Made by a program: the position numbers and the translations under genes. From contig JAZQIO010000028.1 in assembly GCA_045541135.1 (NCBI GenBank), positions 32,897 through 96,896 on the forward strand: 64,000 bases of DNA. The letters are read 5' to 3'. The notes under the pieces were generated by a model. It worked only from the letters and a program-made list of their open reading frames with translations, was not told where the DNA came from and did no database searches. Origin of the DNA: Clostridia bacterium. Its GTDB lineage: Bacteria; Bacillota; Clostridia; Monoglobales; Firm-18. Shown one piece after another: positions 1 to 9,289 of the stretch (the stretch's first letter is position 1; each line of letters opens with the position of its first letter).

Positions 1-1
1 A

Positions 2-598
2 GAACTTGTGTTGATGATTCCTTATACCTTATCAAATAAAGATAATATGATTGCATGGGCTGCCGTAAGATGTACGGGAGAAAATTACGGTCAGATGATT
101 GTATATAACTTCAGTCAGTCGGAAAATATATCCGGTCCATACCAGATTGAAAACAGAATTGACAGTGATGACAATATTTCAAAAGATATTTCATTATGGG
201 AAAGTTCAGGCTCATCTGTTATAAGAGGTAATCTGTTGGTTGTACCTGTTGAAAATAACCTTTTGTATGTTGAGCCAATATATATAACTTCCGGTGTTGA
301 TGGGAGTTCTTTACCACAAATAGCAAGAATTGTTATGACGTATAATGATGTTGTTGTATCAGAATCTACGATAGATAAATGTCTGGAAAAATTATTCGGC
401 TTCACATCTTTTTCGGAAGATTACACGGAAAATACAACTTCGGATTCTTTGGAAGGTTATCTAAATAATTTAGTTAGTAGTTATAATAATGCTAAAGAAC
501 ATTCTAAAAATGGTAATTGGGAAGAATTCGGCAAATATATGGATGAGCTTGATTACTATATTAACAATATTGAAAGTGTTTTGAATTCAGAACAGTAA
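2..598 (+). CDS. UPF0182-family membrane protein, C-terminal part (5' end is outside the window)
   Basis: The frame is open to the left edge of the window. The C-terminal sequence (...VIRGNLLVVPVENNLLYVEPIYITS...) resembles the conserved C-terminus of UPF0182 proteins as I recall it. Confidence 0.6.
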   Translation, partial: ELVLMIPYTLSNKDNMIAWAAVRCTGENYGQMIVYNFSQSENISGPYQIENRIDSDDNISKDISLWESSGSSVIRGNLLVVPVENNLLYVEPIYITSGVDGSSLPQIARIVMTYNDVVVSESTIDKCLEKLFGFTSFSEDYTENTTSDSLEGYLNNLVSSYNNAKEHSKNGNWEEFGKYMDELDYYINNIESVLNSEQ

Positions 599-633
599 AT
601 TTTAAAAAATTACAAAATAATTACAAATATATC

Positions 634-662
634 TTGACACAACACAATATTTAGTGTATAAT
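634..662 (+). promoter_or_regulatory. sigma-A type promoter for ylxM-ffh
   Basis: TTGACA (634-639), a 17-nt spacer, then TATAAT (657-662). It lies about 35 nt upstream of the AAGGAG SD (684-689) and the ATG at 698. Confidence 0.6.
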
Positions 663-697
663 ATGTAAAGTGATTTGCTTTACAAGGAGTAATTGTT

Positions 698-1057
698 ATG
701 AGTAAAAACTTAGATATAATAATGCTTTTCGATTTTTATCGCAATATCCTTACCGAAAAGCAAATAGAAGTTGTAGACTTGTATTACAACGAGGATTTAT
801 CTCTTGCGGAAATAAGTGAACATCTGAATATTACAAGGCAGGGTGTACGTGACAATATAAAGCGTGCCGAAAATATTCTTATTGATATGGAAGATAAGCT
901 TCATCTTGTTGAAAAACACAACAGAATTATGAGTGCTGTTACCGGTATTTCCAAGGAAATAGTAGAAATGCAGGAGAATGAATCAGCTTCTACTTTACCT
1001 TGGGTAATGGAGCATATTGATAATATCAAATCTTTACTTGACGGAATTGATGATTAA
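698..1057 (+). CDS. ylxM: YlxM/UPF0122 putative helix-turn-helix protein associated with SRP
   Basis: 119 aa with a sigma-70 region-4-like HTH (LSLAEISEHLNITRQGVRDNIKRA). It lies immediately upstream of ffh, as in other Firmicutes. Confidence 0.85.
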   Translation: MSKNLDIIMLFDFYRNILTEKQIEVVDLYYNEDLSLAEISEHLNITRQGVRDNIKRAENILIDMEDKLHLVEKHNRIMSAVTGISKEIVEMQENESASTLPWVMEHIDNIKSLLDGIDD

Positions 1058-1118
1058 GTAAAAGTCTTGCCTACTGTATATTGGCAATTTAAATAATGTG
1101 AAAGGTAGGTGTTGTTTT

Positions 1119-2477
1119 ATGGCTTTCGATAATCTTACTGAAAAATTGCAGAATGCTTTTAAAAAGTTACGTGGTAAGGGCAAAATAACTCAGGCAGACC
1201 TTAAAGAAGGTATGAGAGAAATTAAATTTGCTCTTTTGGAAGCTGATGTTAATTTTAAGGTTGTTAAGGAATTTATTGCTACTGTTACAGAAAGAGCAAG
1301 CGGAGCTGATGTTTTAGAATCACTTACTCCGGGACAGCAGATAGTTAAAATAGTAAATGAAGAACTTATAAACCTGATGGGTGTTGAAAACAACAAAATT
1401 AACCTTTCCAATAATCCTCCATCGGTTATAATGATGACAGGCCTTCAGGGTGCCGGTAAAACTACAACTGCCGGTAAACTTGCTAAAATGTTTAAAAGTA
1501 AAGGAAGAAGACCTTTGCTTGTTGCGGGTGACGTATACCGTCCGGCTGCTATACAACAGTTGCAGGTTATAGGAGGCAAGATAGAGGTTCCGGTATATAC
1601 TATTGACGGAAATAAAAATCCTGTTGATATCTCTAAAAAGGCTATAGAACATGCAAAAAAATACGGCAATGATATTGTTATTATAGATACGGCGGGTCGC
1701 CTTCATATAGATGAAGAGCTTATGGATGAACTCCGTAATATTAAAAGCAGTATAAATATCAATGAAACCTTACTTGTTGTAGATGCTATGACAGGTCAGG
1801 ATGCCACTCAGGTTGCAGATACATTCAATAAACAGCTTGAAATTGACGGCGTTATTCTGTCAAAGCTTGACGGTGATGCACGAGGCGGTGCGGCTTTGTC
1901 TGTTCGCTGTGTAACACAAAAGCCTATAAAATTTGTTTGTACCGGTGAAAAGTTTGATGACTTTGAACCGTTCTATCCCGACAGAATGGCTTCAAGAATT
2001 CTCGGTATGGGTGATGTGCTTTCTCTTATAGAAAAAGCAGAGCAGATGTTTGATGAAAAACAAGCAAAAGAACTTGAAGAAAAAATGCGAAAGCAACAGT
2101 TTGATCTTGACGATTTCCTCAATCAGATGCAGCAAGTCAAGAAAATGGGACCTATCAAAAACCTTTTGGGTATGATGCCCGGTATTGATTCCAAGGCTTT
2201 GGAGAATGCAGATATTGATGAGAGAAAACTTGACAGAGTTGAAGCAATTATTAAGAGTATGACGAAAAAAGAACGCTCCAATCCTGCAATTATTAACTCA
2301 AGCAGAAAACGTAGAATTGCTGATGGTAGCGGTACTAATATTGCACAAGTTAACGCTCTGCTTAAGCAGTTTGAACAAATGCAAAAGATGTTTAAACAAC
2401 TTAACAGTAAGGGTGCAAAAAAGATGATGAAAAAGTTCAAAGGTGGTCCAAAGGGAATGAATTTTCCTTTTGCATAA
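1119..2477 (+). CDS. ffh: Signal recognition particle protein Ffh
   Basis: SRP54 N/G/M domains are present: GLQGAGKTTT P-loop, DTAGRL, and a Met-rich M domain. The ATG at 1119 (MAFDNLTEKL) follows AGGTAGGTG, so the GTG at 1098 in the ORF track is probably an artefactual extension. Confidence 0.97.
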   Translation: MAFDNLTEKLQNAFKKLRGKGKITQADLKEGMREIKFALLEADVNFKVVKEFIATVTERASGADVLESLTPGQQIVKIVNEELINLMGVENNKINLSNNPPSVIMMTGLQGAGKTTTAGKLAKMFKSKGRRPLLVAGDVYRPAAIQQLQVIGGKIEVPVYTIDGNKNPVDISKKAIEHAKKYGNDIVIIDTAGRLHIDEELMDELRNIKSSININETLLVVDAMTGQDATQVADTFNKQLEIDGVILSKLDGDARGGAALSVRCVTQKPIKFVCTGEKFDDFEPFYPDRMASRILGMGDVLSLIEKAEQMFDEKQAKELEEKMRKQQFDLDDFLNQMQQVKKMGPIKNLLGMMPGIDSKALENADIDERKLDRVEAIIKSMTKKERSNPAIINSSRKRRIADGSGTNIAQVNALLKQFEQMQKMFKQLNSKGAKKMMKKFKGGPKGMNFPFA

Positions 2478-2511
2478 ATTGTAAATTAATCTTTTAGGAG
2501 GTGAAATAAAA

Positions 2512-2751
2512 ATGGCAGTAAAGATTCGTTTGAAGAGAATGGGTGCTAAGAAAGCTCCTTTTTACCGTGTTGTAGTAGCAGATTCAAGATATCCTCGTGA
2601 TGGCAGATTCATCGAAGAAATCGGTACTTATAACCCACTTACAGATCCTGCATCAATCAACATTGATACAGAAAAAGCTCAGAAGTGGATTAAAAATGGT
2701 GCTCAGCCAACAGATATCGTTAAGAAACTTCTTAAAGAAAGCGGTATGTAA
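2512..2751 (+). CDS. rpsP: 30S ribosomal protein S16
   Basis: [26 protein letters not shown] is the canonical S16 N-terminus. An AGGAGG SD lies upstream. Confidence 0.98.
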   Translation: MAVKIRLKRMGAKKAPFYRVVVADSRYPRDGRFIEEIGTYNPLTDPASINIDTEKAQKWIKNGAQPTDIVKKLLKESGM

Positions 2752-2849
2752 TTGAAGAATTGGTGTATAAATAGGCTCTAAATAACCTTGCTTATTCCAT
2801 AGAGCCTATTAAAATGCCGATTGCAAGGCGGCGGAAAGGCTAATTTAAA

Positions 2850-3077
2850 ATGAAAGAATTATTAGAAACAATTGCTAAATCATTAGTGGACAATCCTGAC
2901 GCAGTTAATGTAACAGTTGTAGAAAAAGAAGATACAATTGTTTTGGAATTGCGCGTTGGTGAAGGTGATATGGGTAAAGTAATCGGACGTCAGGGCAGAA
3001 TTGCCAAGGCTATCAGAACTGTTATCCGCAGTGCAACAACACAGTCACCTAAAAAGGTTGTTGTTGATATATTATAA
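2850..3077 (+). CDS. khpA: KH-domain RNA-binding protein (KhpA/YlqC family)
   Basis: 75 aa with the KH GxxG motif (VIGRQGRIAKAIRTV). It holds the conserved position between rpsP and rimM. Confidence 0.9.
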   Translation: MKELLETIAKSLVDNPDAVNVTVVEKEDTIVLELRVGEGDMGKVIGRQGRIAKAIRTVIRSATTQSPKKVVVDIL

Positions 3078-3084
3078 TAAACAT

Positions 3085-3112
3085 AGGGTGGGATTTTTCC
3101 TCACCCTTTTCG
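3085..3112 (+). terminator. Weak hairpin plus T-run between khpA and rimM (possible partial terminator or attenuator)
   Basis: AGGGTG (3085-3090) pairs with CACCCT (3102-3107), followed by TTTTCGTGCTTATTTT. The stem is short and imperfect. Confidence 0.35.
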
Positions 3113-3154
3113 TGCTTATTTTGGTATTTTATATTTGGAAAGGAAAGAGCTTTT

Positions 3155-3655
3155 ATGCCACAGATTGAAATTGGTAAAATTGTAAATACTCATGGTCTTA
3201 GAGGTCATATAAAAGTCGAACCATGGTGCGACGGCATAGAAACTTATGAATACCTAAACAGAGTTTTTATAAACAATTTTGAGTATGAAATAGAAAGTGT
3301 AAAACTGCAGAAGAATTTATTTTTGCTTAAATTTACAAACCTTAATTCTATTGAGGATGCAGAAAAACTCAAAAATAAAATTATCTATGCCAACGAAGAG
3401 GAAATGCCACCTTTACCGGAAGGTGTATTCTATATCAAAGATATAATTGGTCTTTCGGTATATGATGGTGATAAGTTTGTTGGCGAGATTGTTGACTGGA
3501 TTGAAACAGGGGCAAACAATGTTTATATAATCAAACGCCCTGATGGTAAGGATGTTTTGATACCTGCAATAGATTCCGTAATCAAAGAAATCGATATCGA
3601 AAACAAGAAAATGTCTGTAAATATGTTGGAAGGATTGATGGAAGATGACGATTGA
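3155..3655 (+). CDS. rimM: 16S rRNA processing protein RimM
   Basis: 166 aa. The N-terminus IGKIVNTHGLRGHIKV is typical of RimM, a PRC barrel forms the C-terminal half, and synteny with trmD fits. Confidence 0.93.
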   Translation: MPQIEIGKIVNTHGLRGHIKVEPWCDGIETYEYLNRVFINNFEYEIESVKLQKNLFLLKFTNLNSIEDAEKLKNKIIYANEEEMPPLPEGVFYIKDIIGLSVYDGDKFVGEIVDWIETGANNVYIIKRPDGKDVLIPAIDSVIKEIDIENKKMSVNMLEGLMEDDD

Positions 3656-4337
3656 TATTCTTACATTATTTCCTGAAATGATGGAAACTGTTCTGGATGA
3701 AAGCATAATTGGCAGAGCACGTAAGGCAGGCATTATTAACATAAATTGTACTAACATCAGAGATTTTGCCGAAAATAAACATAACCGTGTTGATGATTAC
3801 CCGTACGGTGGAGGAAACGGTATGGTTATGCAGCCCGGACCAATTTATCGGGCATATAAGTATATTGCTGATAAATATGATAAAAAACCTTATGTAATTT
3901 ATATGTCCCCCCAGGGGAGAGTTTTTAATCAGCAAATTGCTAAAGAATATTTGCATAAGGAACATATTGTTATTTTATGCGGTCACTATGAAGGTGTTGA
4001 CGAAAGAATAATAGAAGAAATTGTTGATGAAGAACTGTCTGTTGGGGATTATGTACTTACCGGAGGAGAATTGCCTGCGCTTGTGGTATGTGACTGTGTA
4101 AGTCGCATGGTACCGGGTGTGCTTTCCAATGAAGAATGTTTTTCAGAAGAATCACATTTTAACGGTAAATTAGAATATCCCCAGTATACAAGACCGCCTG
4201 TTTTTATGGGACGTGAAGTACCTGAAGTATTACTTAGCGGACATCATGCGAATATAGAAAAATGGCGACAAGAACAATCTTATTTACGTACAAAAATCAA
4301 ACGACCTGATATGCTTAAGGATGATAATAATGAGTAA
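3645..4337 (+). CDS. trmD: tRNA (guanine37-N1)-methyltransferase TrmD
   Basis: IDILTLFPEMM, DDYPYGGGNGMVM and LCGHYEGVDERI are TrmD signature blocks. It overlaps the end of rimM by 11 nt. Confidence 0.97.
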   Translation: MTIDILTLFPEMMETVLDESIIGRARKAGIININCTNIRDFAENKHNRVDDYPYGGGNGMVMQPGPIYRAYKYIADKYDKKPYVIYMSPQGRVFNQQIAKEYLHKEHIVILCGHYEGVDERIIEEIVDEELSVGDYVLTGGELPALVVCDCVSRMVPGVLSNEECFSEESHFNGKLEYPQYTRPPVFMGREVPEVLLSGHHANIEKWRQEQSYLRTKIKRPDMLKDDNNE

Positions 4338-4926
4338 AATTGGTGTTTTTGGAGGCTCGTTTAATCCAATTCATAACGGGCACATATATGTTGCTGATAA
4401 AGTGAAAAAAATACTTAATTTGGATGATATCGTTTTTGTTCCTACAGGTATTGCTCCACATAAAGATAACAGTTGTTTTGCATCTAAAGAACATAGGTAC
4501 AATATGGTAAAATTAGCTGTTGAAAATAAATTCAGTGTATCTGACATAGAACTCACAACAGATAAAGTGTGTTATGCCGTTGATACAATGTCAGAAATTA
4601 AAAAGTTATATACAACTGATGATTTGTATTATATTATAGGTGCCGATTCTCTTGTAACATTTATGCAATGGAAAGACCCGTTAAAGTTATTTGAAATGTT
4701 GCATATTGTAGTTGTTGACAGAGAAGGTACTGATATTGATAAAGTTGCTGATGAATATCGACAAAAATATGGTGCTAAAATAACAATTTGTCACATTGAA
4801 GAATATAATGTTTCTTCAACAGAAATACGAGATGCAATAAAAACTACCGGAAAATGTAATGATCTGGTGCCTGAAAAAGTGGAAGAGTATATGAAAAATA
4901 ATAAATTATACACGGAGGATTTATAG
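4321..4926 (+). CDS. nadD: Nicotinate-nucleotide adenylyltransferase NadD
   Basis: The GVFGGSFNPIHNGH (HxGH) motif and an ISSTEIR-like motif (VSSTEIRD) are present. The start may be the ATG at 4330 (MSKIGVFGG), 8 nt after AAGGA. Confidence 0.93.
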   Translation: MIIMSKIGVFGGSFNPIHNGHIYVADKVKKILNLDDIVFVPTGIAPHKDNSCFASKEHRYNMVKLAVENKFSVSDIELTTDKVCYAVDTMSEIKKLYTTDDLYYIIGADSLVTFMQWKDPLKLFEMLHIVVVDREGTDIDKVADEYRQKYGAKITICHIEEYNVSSTEIRDAIKTTGKCNDLVPEKVEEYMKNNKLYTEDL

Positions 4927-5499
4927 GTGGATATTTTAGAAATTGAACAGTGTATAAAGAAAATGACAAAAGAAACTCGTTTTAATCACAGCAAAGGTGT
5001 TCAAAAAACCGCCGGTGAACTTGCAAAACATTATGGTCTTGATGTTGATAAGGCAGAACTTGCCGGTCTTATGCATGATTGTGTGAAAAATCTTCCTATT
5101 GAAGAAATGATGCGTCTTTGTGACGAGTTAGGATGTAAGCTTGATTTTGTTACACAAAGAGAATATAAACTAATACATGCGCCTTTGGGTGCGTATTATG
5201 CAAAAAAAATCTTTGGTGTAGATGATGATGAGATTTTTAATGCCATATACTGGCATACAACCGCAAAGGCTGATATGACTATGTTTGAGAAGATTATATA
5301 CATAGCTGATGTTATAGAACCAAACAGAAAGTATGATATTATAGATGAAATGAGAAAACTTGCCTATGAAGATATTGATGTTGCTATGCTTAAAATTCTG
5401 AATTATACAATAGGTAAACAGTTGGCAGCAGGTAAAATGCTACATAGCGAAACTATAAATGCAAGAAATTTCTTAATTGCAAAAGGGGTAAACATATGA
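4927..5499 (+). CDS. yqeK: HD-domain protein YqeK (bis(5'-nucleosyl)-tetraphosphatase family)
   Basis: HD-domain residues are present (RFNHSKGV ... GLMHDCVK). It holds the conserved position between nadD and rsfS. GTG start. Confidence 0.88.
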   Translation: MDILEIEQCIKKMTKETRFNHSKGVQKTAGELAKHYGLDVDKAELAGLMHDCVKNLPIEEMMRLCDELGCKLDFVTQREYKLIHAPLGAYYAKKIFGVDDDEIFNAIYWHTTAKADMTMFEKIIYIADVIEPNRKYDIIDEMRKLAYEDIDVAMLKILNYTIGKQLAAGKMLHSETINARNFLIAKGVNI

Positions 5500-5852
5500 G
5501 TAAAGAATTAGTAAAGAAAATAGTTAAAGCTCTTGATGATAAAAAAGCGATTAAAATTGATGTTATTGACATTCAGGAACTTAGCCAGATTGCGGATTAT
5601 TTTGTAGTCTGCACAGGTTCGTCAACTACACAGGTTAAAGCACTTGCGGATGAAGTTGAATTTCAGTTGGGCAGTGATATTGAGCATGAAGTTGGTTACC
5701 ATAAGGAAGGTTACGGTTCTGCCGAATGGATTTTGCTTGATTACAAAGATGTTATTGTTCACATTTTCTGTGGGGAAATCAGAGAGTTTTATAATTTGGA
5801 ACACTTGTGGTCAGATGGCAAAGCAGTAGATGTAAATGAATTTTTGGATTAA
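5496..5852 (+). CDS. rsfS: Ribosome silencing factor RsfS
   Basis: 118 aa. DYFVVCTGSSTTQVKALADEV and WILLDYKDVIVHIF are RsfS/IojAP blocks. Confidence 0.93.
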   Translation: MSKELVKKIVKALDDKKAIKIDVIDIQELSQIADYFVVCTGSSTTQVKALADEVEFQLGSDIEHEVGYHKEGYGSAEWILLDYKDVIVHIFCGEIREFYNLEHLWSDGKAVDVNEFLD

Positions 5853-5867
5853 ATGGAGGTTTTATAT

Positions 5868-8285
5868 ATGAGCAAATATGATTTTAAATCAATTGAGAAA
5901 AAGTGGCAGCAATATTGGGATGATAACAAAACTTTTGAAGCTTCAAATACAGATAAAACAAAGCCTAAGTTTTATGGTCTTGTAGAATTTCCTTATCCAT
6001 CGGGTCATGGTTTGCATGTTGGTCATCCAAGAGGTTATACAGCAATAGATATTATAACACGTAAAAAACGTCTTGAGGGTTATAATGTACTTTTCCCTAT
6101 GGGGTGGGATGCTTTTGGTCTTCCTACTGAAAACTTTGCAATAAAAAACAATATTCATCCTGCAATTGTTACTAAAAACAATATTGAAAATTTCAAGCGA
6201 CAGCTTAAAATGCTTGGATTTGGTTTTGACTGGTCAAGAGAAGTAAATACCACTGATCCAAACTATTACAAATGGACACAGTGGATATTCCTTAAACTTT
6301 TTGAAAAAGGACTTGCTTATAAAACAAAAATGCCAATCAACTTCTGTACAGGCTGTAAAGTAGGTTTGGCTAACGAAGAAGTTGTTAACGGAGTTTGCGA
6401 ACGTTGCGGAAGCGAAGTTGTTCAAAAGGAAAAGAGCCAATGGATGCTAAAAATTACTGAGTATGCACAGCGTCTTATAGATGACCTTGATGGCCTTGAT
6501 TACATCGAAAGAGTTAAAGTTCAGCAGACTAACTGGATTGGAAGAAGTGAGGGTGCTGAAGTTGATTTTAAAATCAAGGGTACTGATGATAAAATAAGAG
6601 TTTATACAACACGTCCTGATACACTTTTTGGTGCTACATATATGGTACTTGCACCTGAACATCCTTATGTTGAAAAATATAAGAATATGATTGAAAATTA
6701 TGACGAGGTTGAAGCATATAAACTTGAAGCATCCAAAAAAAGTGACTTTGAAAGAGCTGAACTTGACAAGAATAAAACAGGTGTTATGCTAAAAGGTATT
6801 GTGGCAATTGACCCTGTAAATAATGCAGAGATTCCAATTTGGATTTCTGATTATGTACTTGTTACTTATGGTACCGGTGCAATTATGGCGGTACCTGCTC
6901 ATGATACCCGTGACTGGGAATTTGCAAAGAAATTTAATATGCCAATCATCGAGGTTGTTGGTGGCGGCAAGAATGTACAGGAAGAAGCTTTTACAGATGT
7001 AGAAACGGGTGTAATGGTTAATTCGGGATTCCTTACAGGAATGCAGGTTTCTGAAGCTAAAAAAGCTATTATAGATTATCTTGAAAAAGAAGGAATCGGA
7101 ACACGAAAGGTAAACTATAAGCTTCGTGACTGGGTATTCTCACGCCAACGTTATTGGGGTGAACCAATTCCGTTGGTTAACTGCCCTAAGTGTGGATGGG
7201 TTGCAATTCCCGAAAGTGAATTACCATTGCAGTTGCCTGATACAGAAAATTTTGAACCAGGGGAATCCGGTGAATCACCGCTTATTAAAATCAGAGATTG
7301 GGTAGAAACAGCATGTCCTAAGTGTGGCGGCAAAGCTGAAAGAGAAACTGATACCATGCCACAGTGGGCAGGTTCATCTTGGTATTTCCTTAGATATATT
7401 GATCCTAACAATTCTGATTTCCTTGCAGGAATGGAAGAATTAAAATATTGGTTGCCAATCGACTGGTATAATGGTGGTATGGAGCATACAACACTTCATT
7501 TGCTATATTCGAGATTCTGGCATAAGTTCCTTTACGATATCGGTGCAGTTCCTACAAAAGAACCTTATCAGAAGAGAACTTCACACGGTATGATTCTTGG
7601 TGAGAACGGCGAAAAAATGTCAAAATCAAGAGGTAATGTAATTAATCCTGATGATGTTGTTAATGAATACGGTGCAGATACATTCAGAACTTACGAAATG
7701 TTTATTGGTGCTTTTGATCAGGCTACACCATGGTCAATGAACGGTGTTAAGGGTTGCTATAAATTCCTTGAAAGAGTATGGAATTTACAAAACATTCTTG
7801 TTGATGGTGATGAATATTCAAAAGAACTTGAATCTTCACTTCATAAGACTATTAAAAAGGTTACTGATGACTATAACAGAATGAAATTCAATACCGGTAT
7901 TGCAGCTTTGATGGCTTTCATTAACGATGTAACAAAGGTAGGAAAAATTAACAAAGCGGAATTTAAATCATTTATCACATTACTAAACCCGGTTGCTCCG
8001 CATATAACTGAAGAATTATGGCAGATTGCAGGTTTTGATGGTGTTTTGTCAGGAACGCAGTGGCCACAGTATGATGAAGCCAAAACTGTTGATGATGAAA
8101 TTGAAATTGTTGCACAGATTAACGGTAAGGTTAAATGCAAACTTGTTGTAGGTGCAGAAGAGTCAGAAGATTCAATTAAAGAAAAAGCTTTAGCAGATCC
8201 TAAAATTGCAGAGGCCGTAGATGGTAAAAATGTTGTTAAAGTTATTGTAATTCCTAAACGTTTAATAAATATTGTTGTAAAATAA
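5868..8285 (+). CDS. leuS: Leucyl-tRNA synthetase
   Basis: Contains the class I HIGH motif ([12 protein letters not shown]) and KMSKS (EKMSKSRGN), plus the CP1 editing domain. The ATG at 5868 lies 8 nt after GGAGG (5855-5859). Confidence 0.98.
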   Translation: MSKYDFKSIEKKWQQYWDDNKTFEASNTDKTKPKFYGLVEFPYPSGHGLHVGHPRGYTAIDIITRKKRLEGYNVLFPMGWDAFGLPTENFAIKNNIHPAIVTKNNIENFKRQLKMLGFGFDWSREVNTTDPNYYKWTQWIFLKLFEKGLAYKTKMPINFCTGCKVGLANEEVVNGVCERCGSEVVQKEKSQWMLKITEYAQRLIDDLDGLDYIERVKVQQTNWIGRSEGAEVDFKIKGTDDKIRVYTTRPDTLFGATYMVLAPEHPYVEKYKNMIENYDEVEAYKLEASKKSDFERAELDKNKTGVMLKGIVAIDPVNNAEIPIWISDYVLVTYGTGAIMAVPAHDTRDWEFAKKFNMPIIEVVGGGKNVQEEAFTDVETGVMVNSGFLTGMQVSEAKKAIIDYLEKEGIGTRKVNYKLRDWVFSRQRYWGEPIPLVNCPKCGWVAIPESELPLQLPDTENFEPGESGESPLIKIRDWVETACPKCGGKAERETDTMPQWAGSSWYFLRYIDPNNSDFLAGMEELKYWLPIDWYNGGMEHTTLHLLYSRFWHKFLYDIGAVPTKEPYQKRTSHGMILGENGEKMSKSRGNVINPDDVVNEYGADTFRTYEMFIGAFDQATPWSMNGVKGCYKFLERVWNLQNILVDGDEYSKELESSLHKTIKKVTDDYNRMKFNTGIAALMAFINDVTKVGKINKAEFKSFITLLNPVAPHITEELWQIAGFDGVLSGTQWPQYDEAKTVDDEIEIVAQINGKVKCKLVVGAEESEDSIKEKALADPKIAEAVDGKNVVKVIVIPKRLINIVVK

Positions 8286-8295
8286 TATGTAATAT

Positions 8296-8319
8296 AAGGA
8301 AAGTCAAATGACTTTCCTT
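8296..8319 (+). terminator. Hairpin after leuS
   Basis: AAGGAAAGT, a loop, then ACTTTCCTT, giving a 9-11 bp stem. The only T-run is the one inside the 3' arm. Confidence 0.4.
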
Positions 8320-8341
8320 AATTACTGTTCAGGAGGTTAGT

Positions 8342-9154
8342 ATGTTATATTTAGTTGGAACACCTATTGGTAATTTTGATGATATGACATATCGTGCAGT
8401 TGATACACTAAATAAAGTAGATTTAATTGCCGCTGAGGATACTCGCAATACATTAAATTTATTAAATCATTTTGATATTAAAACCAAACTTACAAGTTAC
8501 CACGAACACAACAAAGCTTCTAAAGGCAAACAAATTCTTGAGCTTTTGTTGGATGGAAAGGATGTTGCTGTTGTTACAGATGCGGGTATGCCGGCAATAA
8601 GTGATCCGGGAGAAGATATTGTAAGGCTTTGTATTGAAAATAATATTGATGTAACTACAGTACCCGGACCAACCGCCTTTGTATCGGCTTTAGTTATGTC
8701 GGGGCTGCCTGCAAAAGGAGTAATTTTTGAGGGCTTTTTATCTGCAAAAAATTCCGAAAGGGAAAGGCGTCTTAATGAATTAAAGGATTATAAAGAAACA
8801 ATAATTTTTTATGAAGCGCCGCATAAACTTCTCAGAACTCTTGAACATATAAAAAATGTTTTTGGAGAACGTGATATTTCGGTTTGCAGAGAAATAACAA
8901 AAAAATTTGAAGAAACCTTAAGAGGTAAGATAAGTGAAATAATCGAACATTTTAGTAACTGTGCTCCTCGGGGTGAATTTGTTTTGGTTATAAAAGGAGC
9001 AGAGGAAAAAGAAGAAGTTTACATAATATCTGTTGTTGAGCATGTTGACAAGCTGATTTCAGAAGGTTTTGATAAAAAAGAGGCTATTGCCGAGGTAGCC
9101 AAACTTCGCAAAATACCTAAAAGAAACGTATATAATGAGTATGAAAACAGATAA
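8342..9154 (+). CDS. rsmI: 16S rRNA (cytidine1402-2'-O)-methyltransferase RsmI
   Basis: LYLVGTPIGNFDDMTYRAVDTLNKVDLIAAEDTRNT and SYHEHNK are RsmI (tetrapyrrole-methylase fold) signatures. Confidence 0.93.
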   Translation: MLYLVGTPIGNFDDMTYRAVDTLNKVDLIAAEDTRNTLNLLNHFDIKTKLTSYHEHNKASKGKQILELLLDGKDVAVVTDAGMPAISDPGEDIVRLCIENNIDVTTVPGPTAFVSALVMSGLPAKGVIFEGFLSAKNSERERRLNELKDYKETIIFYEAPHKLLRTLEHIKNVFGERDISVCREITKKFEETLRGKISEIIEHFSNCAPRGEFVLVIKGAEEKEEVYIISVVEHVDKLISEGFDKKEAIAEVAKLRKIPKRNVYNEYENR

Positions 9155-9163
9155 TTTTAAAAT

Positions 9164-9208
9164 TGTTAACAAAGTATTAATGTTACAGGAATATTACACA
9201 AATGTTAC
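9164..9208 (+). promoter_or_regulatory. Array of T[G/A]TTA[A/C] hexamers with 11-bp phasing (WalR-like TGTWAH-N5-TGTWAH boxes)
   Basis: TGTTAA (9164), N5, TATTAA (9175). Then TGTTAC (9181), N5, TATTAC (9192), N5, TGTTAC (9203). The array ends 8 nt before the -35 of the hydrolase promoter. Confidence 0.4.
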
Positions 9209-9216
9209 AAATTGAC

Positions 9217-9245
9217 TTGACATATACCACAATATATGGTAGAAT
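9217..9245 (+). promoter_or_regulatory. sigma-A promoter with extended -10 for the SH3b-NlpC/P60 gene
   Basis: TTGACA (9217-9222), a 17-nt spacer, then TGgTAGAAT (-10 at 9240-9245). Confidence 0.55.
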
Positions 9246-9289
9246 AATATACGTAATAAATAACAAATGAGAAAGATTGGAGTGATTCA

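Noticed and set aside
2770-2843. An 11-bp-stem hairpin (AATAGGCTCTA...TAGAGCCTATT, 2770-2810) and a 9-codon ORF (MPIARRRKG, 2814-2843) in a locally G+C-rich patch between rpsP and khpA.
   Set aside because: There is no T-run after the hairpin and no SD for the mini-ORF. The G-rich patch contains the khpA SD. It may be an mRNA processing or stability element, but nothing in it can be supported further from the sequence alone.
9155-9289. Possible c-di-AMP (ydaO-type) riboswitch upstream of the NlpC/P60 hydrolase gene, as seen for cell-wall hydrolases in other Gram-positives.
   Set aside because: The predicted promoter leaves a leader of only about 40 nt. The region is uniformly AT-rich, with none of the G/C-rich conserved ydaO segments.
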